Of a stretch of 64,000 nt of DNA, positions 28,159 to 36,306 are shown piece after piece. Each line of letters opens with the position of its first letter. The first letter of the stretch is position 1. The notes under the pieces are model-generated. The model worked only from the letters and a program-made list of their open reading frames with translations. It had not been told where the DNA came from and searched no databases. The DNA is from Candidatus Iainarchaeum sp. (GTDB lineage Archaea; Iainarchaeota; Iainarchaeia; Iainarchaeales; JAFCCW01), in contig JAFCCW010000004.1 of the NCBI GenBank assembly GCA_017609985.1, forward strand, positions 23,558 through 87,557, in the 5' to 3' direction. A program made the translations under genes and the position numbers.

Positions 28159-30768
28159 CTACAAGTCCTTTTCTATTGATTTTTTAACATTCATACTTTT
28201 TCCCTTAATTGACTTCATTGGGAAAATTCCGTCTTCTCCGTAAGAATACTGCACAAGATTCTTTGACGCAGTTCTCACTGTTCTGTCTGTTTCAACAAAC
28301 AAGTCTTTCAGAGAATTTGCCAGACGCCTGTAAAGATATCCTGACACTTTTGTGGACACTCCAGTGTCAACTTCTCCCTGTCTTCCGCCCATTGAATGAT
28401 AGAAGTATTCTTTTCCCTTCATTCCATCCATAAAGTTCTGGTTGATAAATCCGCCAGTAATAAGGCCAACATCATCTTTTTCATTAAGGGTAATAAGCCT
28501 GTTTTTGAAACCGCGTTTTGGTCTTCCTTCTCTTACCGAAGCCTGCCCCCAGAATCCAGCAATATTCATCAGGTTTGTACTGCTTCCTCTGCTTCCACTT
28601 AAAATCATAACCGTAGTGTTAAGTTCTGGATTTTTTCCAAGAACTTTTTGGACTTTTTCACTCATAATCATTTTTTCAATCTCTTCTTTTGTTTCTGCTG
28701 AAAGTCGCATCATTCCAATTTCAAAACTTTCTTGCAGTGTTTTTCCGGGAATAATATCAAGAGTCTTGTTTTCGTATTTTTTCACAAGCTTGGTTCCTTC
28801 CTTTAAAGCATTTTCTATTGAAGACTCGGAAGCCTTCTTTATCTTGTCACTCATTTCGTATTCGTCAAGTCCTGCAGTCATTCCCTTTTTTGTAAGAAGA
28901 TCTGAAACCACTCTGTTAACCATGTTGTAAAATTTTTCAATTACGTCGCTGCTGTATTGTCTTGCAAGAGTGTCTATTAAGATTCCCTTTGCTTCTCCCA
29001 AACTTGAACTGTCAATAACTCCTGTTTCAAGCACGCCATCCTTTATTTTGACATAAGCTCCGTAAGGACATTTGTCTCCCTTACAAGCACTAGTGCAGAC
29101 ACCTGTCTTTTTCAATACCTTGCAAGTGTTTGAAGTGTATTCAAGGTTAAGGTCGTCTGGAAGCATTTGACTGAAAATAAGTTTTCCTGAATAATTCTTT
29201 CCCTTGTCTGGTTTTGGAAGCTCTTTAATTCCCATTTCATAAAAATACTTCATTGCTTCGTCTTTTGAAAATTCTGTACTGTCAAGTGTTAAAATATATA
29301 CTCCGCTTACTCCGTCTTCTTCAAGCACTACAACTGGTGCTCCGTATCTTGGACTAATAACATTGTTTTGCACATACATTAACTCTTGCGCTTCACTCTT
29401 TCCTTCTTCTGTTTGTGGGACATGAATATTCATTTCGTCTCCATCAAAGTCTGCATTGTATGGCTTGCAAACAACTGGATTAATTCTCAAAGTCTTGCCA
29501 TCCATTATTCTTACCTTGTGTGCCATCATACTCAGTCTGTGGAGTGAAGGCTGTCTGTTAAAAAGAACAATATCTCCGTTCTGCAAGCTTCTTTCAATCT
29601 TAAATCCTGGTTCAATTTCTTCAAGAATAAGGTCTCTTGTTTCATCAGTAATTTTTCTTCTCTGCCCGTTTGGTCTTGCAACATATTGAATTTCATCAGT
29701 TTCCTTGATTTTTTTCTTGATTGCGTCAATTGTTGCCTCAGTAATTGGCTCAGGCAAAGTTAAATCATTTGCAATATCTTGCGGAATCCCAATTTCGTTA
29801 ATTGAAATAAATGAGTCTGGACTCACAGTAGATCGTGCAGCAAAATTAACTCTTTTTCCGGTTAGATTGTGTCTGAATCTTCCCTTTTTTCCCTTAAGTC
29901 TCTGAACAAGAGTTCTCAAAGCTCTTCCAGACCTGTGTTTCGCTGGGGGAACGCCAGCAGTATTATTGTTATAGTACGTTGTCACGTGATACTGAAGCAA
30001 ATCCCATAAGTCCTCAATAATAAGCTGTGGTGCTCCTGCATCAATATTGTCGTTAAGTCTCAGGTTAACCCTGATTATATCAACAAGCTTGTGAGTTAAG
30101 TCATCTTCACTTTTGACCCCGCTTTCAAGTGTAATAGATGGGCGTACAGTTATTGGTGGAACTGGCAACACTGAAGTGATAAACCATTCAGGTTTTGTAA
30201 TTTCCAAATCATATCCTAAAAGTTTCAAATCCATTTCTGGAATTTTTTCAATCCATTCTCTTATTTCTGTCGGATAAATTCTTTCCTTTCCAAGGAAGAA
30301 ATTTGTTGGTTTGTCAAGCAGAATTTTTTCTTTTGGTGCCTTGCAATGCTCACATTCTTTTGCAGTTTTTGCTTTTCTCACAATTTTTGTAGGAACCTCT
30401 AAATCTCCTTTCTCCAGTTTTGATTCATACATTTTAAGCTTGTCATCTGGAAGATTTAGTCTGCCACATTCTTGACAGGTTGACTGCATTATAAGCTCAA
30501 GCTTTTTGCTGAATTCAGGATGCAAAACAGGTCTTACAAATTCAATGCTTCCAAAGTGACCTGGACAGTCCTTCATTTTTTGACCGCAAGTCTTGCATCT
30601 AAGACCAGGATTTATTACTCCAAGATGTGGATCCATTAATCCCCCATCCATTGGATAACCATCTTTGTCATAAGTATCAGGTGTCTTTATTTCTATCGCA
30701 GACATTTTTCTGATTGTTTTAGGATCAAGAACACGAAAATCAATGCTGTGAATTTTCTTCATAAACAA
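28159..30768 (-). CDS. rpoA1: RNA polymerase subunit A' (Rpo1N)
   Basis: Catalytic YNADFDGDEMN plus CPGHFG, NRQPSLH and SGYLYRRL. Confidence 0.99.
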   Translation of the reverse strand: MFMKKIHSIDFRVLDPKTIRKMSAIEIKTPDTYDKDGYPMDGGLMDPHLGVINPGLRCKTCGQKMKDCPGHFGSIEFVRPVLHPEFSKKLELIMQSTCQECGRLNLPDDKLKMYESKLEKGDLEVPTKIVRKAKTAKECEHCKAPKEKILLDKPTNFFLGKERIYPTEIREWIEKIPEMDLKLLGYDLEITKPEWFITSVLPVPPITVRPSITLESGVKSEDDLTHKLVDIIRVNLRLNDNIDAGAPQLIIEDLWDLLQYHVTTYYNNNTAGVPPAKHRSGRALRTLVQRLKGKKGRFRHNLTGKRVNFAARSTVSPDSFISINEIGIPQDIANDLTLPEPITEATIDAIKKKIKETDEIQYVARPNGQRRKITDETRDLILEEIEPGFKIERSLQNGDIVLFNRQPSLHRLSMMAHKVRIMDGKTLRINPVVCKPYNADFDGDEMNIHVPQTEEGKSEAQELMYVQNNVISPRYGAPVVVLEEDGVSGVYILTLDSTEFSKDEAMKYFYEMGIKELPKPDKGKNYSGKLIFSQMLPDDLNLEYTSNTCKVLKKTGVCTSACKGDKCPYGAYVKIKDGVLETGVIDSSSLGEAKGILIDTLARQYSSDVIEKFYNMVNRVVSDLLTKKGMTAGLDEYEMSDKIKKASESSIENALKEGTKLVKKYENKTLDIIPGKTLQESFEIGMMRLSAETKEEIEKMIMSEKVQKVLGKNPELNTTVMILSGSRGSSTNLMNIAGFWGQASVREGRPKRGFKNRLITLNEKDDVGLITGGFINQNFMDGMKGKEYFYHSMGGRQGEVDTGVSTKVSGYLYRRLANSLKDLFVETDRTVRTASKNLVQYSYGEDGIFPMKSIKGKSMNVKKSIEKDL

Positions 30769-30781
30769 CTTTTAACACCTA

Positions 30782-32593
30782 CTAAACCTTGTCTCCAATA
30801 TTAAGTTTTGGCATGACTCCAAGAGCTTTTAGCTCATCAAGCAAAAGCTTGAAACCATAACTCATTTCAACAGGATAAACCTTTGAACTGTCACAAATTG
30901 GACAAAATTTTCTCTTTCTAATATTGTCTTCTACAGCTATTACTCCGCATTTTTCACAAACAAGCTGTACAACCCTGTCACTGTCTTCTATAAGTTTTTC
31001 CTGCAAAAGCATTGCTGCTCCGTGCCCAACCAGTGTTTCTGTTTCCATCTCTCCAAATCTTAAGCCGCCTTCTTTTTCCTTTCCTTCAGTTGGCTGTCTT
31101 GTGAGAATCTGCACTGGTCCTCTTGACCTTGCCTGCATTTTGTGGGATACAAGGTGGAACAATCTTCTGTAAGAAACAATTCCATTAAAAATTTCTCCTT
31201 CAAGTTTTTCTCCACTTATTCCGTCGTAGAAAACCTCTTTTCCATCTCCTCTAAAACCATGCTTTTTCATCATTTCTTCTAATTGTGCCTGTGGCTCTGA
31301 ATTGAATGGTGTTCCATCAATAGTTTCTCCTTCAAGAGAAGAAGCTTTTCCTGCTAGCATTTCAAGCAAGTGGCCCACAGTCATTCGGCTTGGAATTGAA
31401 TGTGGATTAAGAATCAAGTCAGGTTTTATTCCATCTTCAGTAAACGGCATATCTTCTTCTGGAATTATTGCTCCAATAATTCCTTTCTGCCCATGTCTTG
31501 AACTAAATTTGTCTCCAACTTCCGGGATTGTTTCACTTCTAACCTTAATCTTTGCAAGCTTGTTTCCATCTTCACTCTCTGTAATCATTACCTGGTCAAC
31601 CCAGCCTTCTTTTCCTCTTCTTGCAAGCATTGAACTCTCTCTTCTCTTTTCCTTAACAATTCCAAATTCTGAAATTTCTTCAAGAAATCTTGGGGGTGAG
31701 GTTCTTCCAATAATAATTCCCTTGTCTCCAACATAGCTCTCAATATTTACAATTCCGTCTTCTCCAATATTTTTGTAAGCGTCTTCTCCAAGATATCCCA
31801 CTGTGTCCTCGTCTGGAATTTCAAACTTGTCTTTTTGTCCTCCAGGATATCTCTGCTGTGTTGCTTCGTACATTCTGTAATAACCGCTTCTTCCAAGCCC
31901 TCTTTCAACAGCTCCCTTGTTGAGCACAAGAGCATCGAGAACATTGAATCCATAGTATGGAAGAATTGCAACAACAAAATTCTGACTCTGTGGTCTTTTG
32001 TCCAGTCCAATTAAATCCATTGTCTTTGTTTTAACAATGTTCTTTTGAGGATAGTGAAGCAGGTAACTTTCTGTATCAGTTCTTAGCTTGAAATTAATTC
32101 CGCTTATTCCAAGAGCCTGTTTGAACATTTTTGCTCCGTGAAGAGCTTTTCCAGCCATGTCATGCTGAATATAAGGAATCATTGAAGAAATAACACTAAG
32201 CATTCCAATTGCATCAATTTCAAGATGGGTGTGCTCTGCAGTTAATTCTTCTTCACTAAGTGCAACAAGAGCATTTTCTTCTTCTTCTGCGTCAAGATAT
32301 TCAATAATTCCCTTGTCAATAAGATCTTTCCAACCTAATTTTCCTGATTTAACTTTTGCTAAAGTTTCGTCTGAAAGCTTGCTTTTTCCATTCTCAACAA
32401 CTATTACTGGTCTCTGTACTCTTCCAGAATCAGTGTTAATATAAATTTCATTTGTTTCTTCATTAAATGCTATGTTCACGCCTGACTCAATCTTTCCGTC
32501 TCTTCTTGACTGTTTTAGGTCTTTCACAAGCTTGTCAGAGCTTTGGTGAAATCCAATAAGCCTTCCGTTGATGTAAACCTTTGCCTTTTCCAT
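30782..32593 (-). CDS. rpoB1: RNA polymerase subunit B' (Rpo2C)
   Basis: Motifs GDKFSSRHGQKG, PSRMTVG and GGLRFGEME; C-terminal Zn ribbon. Confidence 0.98.
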   Translation of the reverse strand: MEKAKVYINGRLIGFHQSSDKLVKDLKQSRRDGKIESGVNIAFNEETNEIYINTDSGRVQRPVIVVENGKSKLSDETLAKVKSGKLGWKDLIDKGIIEYLDAEEEENALVALSEEELTAEHTHLEIDAIGMLSVISSMIPYIQHDMAGKALHGAKMFKQALGISGINFKLRTDTESYLLHYPQKNIVKTKTMDLIGLDKRPQSQNFVVAILPYYGFNVLDALVLNKGAVERGLGRSGYYRMYEATQQRYPGGQKDKFEIPDEDTVGYLGEDAYKNIGEDGIVNIESYVGDKGIIIGRTSPPRFLEEISEFGIVKEKRRESSMLARRGKEGWVDQVMITESEDGNKLAKIKVRSETIPEVGDKFSSRHGQKGIIGAIIPEEDMPFTEDGIKPDLILNPHSIPSRMTVGHLLEMLAGKASSLEGETIDGTPFNSEPQAQLEEMMKKHGFRGDGKEVFYDGISGEKLEGEIFNGIVSYRRLFHLVSHKMQARSRGPVQILTRQPTEGKEKEGGLRFGEMETETLVGHGAAMLLQEKLIEDSDRVVQLVCEKCGVIAVEDNIRKRKFCPICDSSKVYPVEMSYGFKLLLDELKALGVMPKLNIGDKV

Positions 32594-32608
32594 TCAAACA
32601 CCCAGCAC

Positions 32609-34069
32609 TTATTTAAGTGAAACTCCTTTCGATTTGAGCAATTCTTCAATTGGCTCTTCATCTGATTCAGTTGTAACTTCTGCAAGCATTGAAAGATTCT
32701 TTACAAGTCCGCACTGTGGCCCATCAGGAGTTTCAATTGGTCCAAGTCTTCCCCAGTGAGTTCCATGAACATCTCGTGCTTCGTAAAGCTCTCTGTTTTT
32801 GTTCAATGGGCTCTTAACCTTTCTCAAGTCAGTTAATGGTGAGAGATAATTTACTCTGTCCATAAACTTGCTTACTCCAGTTGCTCTGCCAATCCAGTTT
32901 CCAGTACTCATTGCAAATCTTATTCTTTCAGTAATTGCCCCTGGCCTTACAACTGTTGCAATATTCAATTTTCTTCTTCTAGTAATTGTTCTGTCAATCT
33001 GGAATCTTAAATCTTTTATAAAATACTTGAAAGCATATCTGAACAAGTGCTCCATAAGTTTTCCGCTTAACTCAAGTCTCTTGTTTCCGTAATGGTCTTT
33101 GTCATCCTCACCTCTTAGGTTATGGAATCTTTCAATTGCCTTTGTTGCCATCATTCCAAGATAGTAAGCTTTTGCAAGCCTGTTTTCCTTTTCCTGTCCA
33201 ATGTGTGGCAGAAGGAAAGCATCAATAACTTCCTGTGCTCTCTTGAGCCTGTAATCAATAACCTGGCCTGGAGCAACATATTTTCCTATTTTGTCAATTG
33301 CTTCTTCTTCAGTTTTTATTTCACAATTTTGCCAGTTAAGCAGTATGTCGTTCTGAATTTCAACACTTTCACCAAAAGCATTTGAAATCTCTTTAAGGCT
33401 TCCAAGTCCAAGAGCTTTTAACAACACGAACAAATTAAGCTTTCTTGGAGACGAAGGAAATGTGACAGAAAGCATTCCGTCTTTTCTTCTTCCAATTCTT
33501 ACTCTTCCCTTAAAAGCACCCTTTGTAGAAATTACTTCTGAAGTAACGTCTCCGCTTCTTTCTGAAATCATAACTCTGTCTGATGCGAGAACTTCCTGAG
33601 TCATCAATGCTTTTTCAGAGCCATTAATTACAAAATAGCCTCCAAAGTCCATTGGGTCTTCGCCCATTTCAATAAGCTCTTCTTCTGTCTTGCCATTAAG
33701 CCAGCAAAGATTACTTTTCAGCATTATTGGCAATTCTCCAATATAAGTTCTTTTGATGTCCTGTTCTACATCTCTTCTAAGCAGTCGCATTGTAAGAAAA
33801 ACAGGTCCAGAATAAGTTCTGTTTCTAAGTCTTGCTTCCATTGGAAAAAAGTTCTCTCTTGGAGAACCATCTGCTTCAAGAATTCTTGGATGCAAGACCT
33901 CTATTTCTGAAAGTTCAAGTTTTACTTCCTCAATTTTTGGAATTATTTCATCATTTTCTTCAACAACTTCTGGAATTTTTTGTTCCACAAATTGATTGAA
34001 TGAAGCAACTTCCATGTCGGCAAAATTTTTACCATCAAAATAAGAGTTTATAACAGGCCATTTGTTCAT
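32609..34069 (-). CDS. rpoB2: RNA polymerase subunit B'' (Rpo2N)
   Basis: Motifs GGYFVINGSEK, DDKDHYGNKRL and ETPDGPQCGLVKNL. Confidence 0.98.
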   Translation of the reverse strand: MNKWPVINSYFDGKNFADMEVASFNQFVEQKIPEVVEENDEIIPKIEEVKLELSEIEVLHPRILEADGSPRENFFPMEARLRNRTYSGPVFLTMRLLRRDVEQDIKRTYIGELPIMLKSNLCWLNGKTEEELIEMGEDPMDFGGYFVINGSEKALMTQEVLASDRVMISERSGDVTSEVISTKGAFKGRVRIGRRKDGMLSVTFPSSPRKLNLFVLLKALGLGSLKEISNAFGESVEIQNDILLNWQNCEIKTEEEAIDKIGKYVAPGQVIDYRLKRAQEVIDAFLLPHIGQEKENRLAKAYYLGMMATKAIERFHNLRGEDDKDHYGNKRLELSGKLMEHLFRYAFKYFIKDLRFQIDRTITRRRKLNIATVVRPGAITERIRFAMSTGNWIGRATGVSKFMDRVNYLSPLTDLRKVKSPLNKNRELYEARDVHGTHWGRLGPIETPDGPQCGLVKNLSMLAEVTTESDEEPIEELLKSKGVSLK

Positions 34070-34079
34070 TTAATCACGC

Positions 34080-34310
34080 TCAGTCCACAATCCTATAATA
34101 GGTAGTTTTTCCTGCTGTTGGAGAATAACGATTTATTTTGACTATGTCCCCCTTTTTTGGCTTAAATTCCTTTATTGCTGGGTCGCCTTTTGGGATTTTT
34201 GGAAGTTTTGATTTGTCAATTCCAAGTTCAGAAATAATTTGTTCAACGCTATCGCTGTCAAGAAGAGAATGCCTTGGAACCAGAAAGTGTTCTTTTACGT
34301 CAAATGCCAC
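34080..34310 (-). CDS. rpoH: RNA polymerase subunit H (Rpo5)
   Basis: Motifs HFLVPRH, LPKI..DP and SPTAG..YYR. Confidence 0.96.
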   Translation of the reverse strand: MAFDVKEHFLVPRHSLLDSDSVEQIISELGIDKSKLPKIPKGDPAIKEFKPKKGDIVKINRYSPTAGKTTYYRIVD

Positions 34311-34486
34311 GCTTGTCTCACCAATTTAACGCGGATTTTTGAAGGATTTTGAAATAATTGCTTAAAGCACCAGTTAAAGCCTTGTCATCATATCCAAAAA
34401 AACCGCGAGCAGAAATACATCTAATAAACTTTTATCAAATTTTATACGGAAACTATTAAAAAGCTTTGTTCAAAAGTCTTGTTTAT

Positions 34487-35542
34487 ATGCTTGAATTTCT
34501 TTCACAACAGTATTTTGGAAACAATCTTTTACAGTATTCTTTATTCTTCGGAACACTTATAATTTCTTTGATAGTTGGAAAAATACTTTCTTTTATTATC
34601 AAAAACTATGCTCAAAAACTTGCTGACAAAACCAAGAGCAAGATAGATGACATGCTACTTGACATAATTGAGAAACCAATTCTTGTAATTCTTGTTCTAT
34701 TGGGTGCTGGTGTTGGTTTTCAGTTTTTGAATTCTCCAAACAGCTTTGCTGATTTTTTTTATAATTCATTAAGTATTGTTGGGGTAATCATCTTTGCCTG
34801 GTTTTTAATCAGGCTTGTTGATGCTTTCATTGAAGAAGTTGTAAAACCTGGTTTTGACAAAACAGAGTCAAAACTTGATGACCAGCTTCTTCCCATAATC
34901 TCGAGAGGAGTTAAAGCTTCAATCATAATAATTGCTTTTGTAGTAATTCTTTCCTCTTTCGGATATGATGTTACTGCATTGGTTGCAGGTCTTGGAATCG
35001 GAGGTCTTGCTTTTGCTTTTGCTGCAAAGGAAACAATCTCTGACGCATTTGGGGGGTTAAGCATTTTCACAAGCAAACCATTTGTTGTTGGCGACTGGGT
35101 TCAAATAGACAAAGTTGTTGGGGTTGTTGAAGAAGTTGGCTTAAGGTTCACGAGAATAAGAAACCTTGACAAGCGACTTGTTACAATTCCAAACAGCAAG
35201 GTTGCAAAAGGAATAATCGAAAATATTTCTTCTGCTCCAAAAAGAAAAATAGTGCTTAACCTTGGTCTTACTTATGGAACATCCTCTGCAAAGCTGGAGA
35301 AAGCAAAAAAGATGCTGTCAGACATCATAAACAAACATCCTGAGTGTGAGGATAATCCTCATATTTCTTTTTCTGAATTTAAGGACTCCTCCTTGAACTT
35401 GTTTGTAATCTATTATATTCTTCCCGGCGAAAAAAGCTGGCTTGAAGTCAGAGGGGAAATAAACGATGAAATCAAAAAACAGTTTGATAAGGCAAAGCTT
35501 GATTTTGCTTTTCCGAGCCAGTCAATTTATTTAGAAAAATAA
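34487..35542 (+). CDS. Small-conductance mechanosensitive channel (MscS family)
   Basis: Motifs AGLGIGGLAFAFAAKET, KPFVVGD, VTIPNS and FAFPSQ. Confidence 0.93.
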   Translation: MLEFLSQQYFGNNLLQYSLFFGTLIISLIVGKILSFIIKNYAQKLADKTKSKIDDMLLDIIEKPILVILVLLGAGVGFQFLNSPNSFADFFYNSLSIVGVIIFAWFLIRLVDAFIEEVVKPGFDKTESKLDDQLLPIISRGVKASIIIIAFVVILSSFGYDVTALVAGLGIGGLAFAFAAKETISDAFGGLSIFTSKPFVVGDWVQIDKVVGVVEEVGLRFTRIRNLDKRLVTIPNSKVAKGIIENISSAPKRKIVLNLGLTYGTSSAKLEKAKKMLSDIINKHPECEDNPHISFSEFKDSSLNLFVIYYILPGEKSWLEVRGEINDEIKKQFDKAKLDFAFPSQSIYLEK

Positions 35543-35578
35543 TAGCAGTTTTTTAAATATCTGTTTCCTAACTAGTTA

Positions 35579-36148
35579 ATGCTTGCAAAATCAAATATCT
35601 CAAAGTCAAACATTTCAAAGCCAAATATTCGGGAAGCAGACATCTTGGAAAAAATACTTCCTTATGTAGAAGATGGCGAGCGTCTTTTAGATGTTGGTTG
35701 TGGAAAAGGCAAAATTGCAAAAATAATTTCTCAGAAAAAAGATGTTCTTGTTGTTGGAGCAGAAATTTATGATTCCAATTGCTGTATTGACTGCAAGCGG
35801 TTTGATGGTTGCAATCTTCCGTTTAAAGATTCTTCTTTTAATACTGTTGTTGTTGTAGATGTTATTCATCATGCAGACGATGGTTTGAAGCTCCTTAACG
35901 AGCTCTGCAGAGTTGCGTCAAAAAAAGTCATAATTCGAGATCATTATTATTCAAGCTGGCTGGGCCTCTTATTTCTCAAATTTGTTGACTGGACAACAAA
36001 CATAATTCATGGAGTCAGCACTCCGTTTAATTTTAGGACAAAAAAAGAATGGGAAAAAGACCTTGCTTCTTTGCCCGCAAAAAACTTAAAAATTGAGTAT
36101 TATCCTAAATTTGGGATAAAAAACATTGTTGCAGTTCTTTTTCTCTAA
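35579..36148 (+). CDS. Class I SAM-dependent methyltransferase
   Basis: Motifs LLDVGCGKG, LPFKDSSF and DVIHH. Confidence 0.85.
   Translation: MLAKSNISKSNISKPNIREADILEKILPYVEDGERLLDVGCGKGKIAKIISQKKDVLVVGAEIYDSNCCIDCKRFDGCNLPFKDSSFNTVVVVDVIHHADDGLKLLNELCRVASKKVIIRDHYYSSWLGLLFLKFVDWTTNIIHGVSTPFNFRTKKEWEKDLASLPAKNLKIEYYPKFGIKNIVAVLFL
35585..35630 (+). repeat. Three imperfect 15-bp tandem repeats encoding KSNIS-KSNIS-KPNIR
   Basis: caaaatcaaatatct / caaagtcaaacattt / caaagccaaatattc. Confidence 0.7.
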
Positions 36149-36197
36149 TCGTTTTTTGATTGTCTTTTTCTTTAAAATAATTAGTTCGATAAACAGC

Positions 36198-36248
36198 TAA
36201 CAAGAAATACTTTTAATAAGAAATACTTTTTTTAATAAGAAATACTTT
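36198..36248. repeat. Three 16-bp direct repeats TAA(C/T)AAGAAATACTTT
   Basis: Copies at 36198, 36214 and 36233 in an AT-rich spacer between convergent genes. Confidence 0.8.
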
Positions 36249-36306
36249 ATTTCTTTTATTAATATTCTATATATTAAAACCACAATTTACTTCTTTAATA
36301 ACTTCT

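Noticed and set aside
36198-36248. CRISPR array or replication origin
   Set aside because: The repeats are 16 bp and nearly abutting, with no spacers, cas genes, ORB motif or cdc6.
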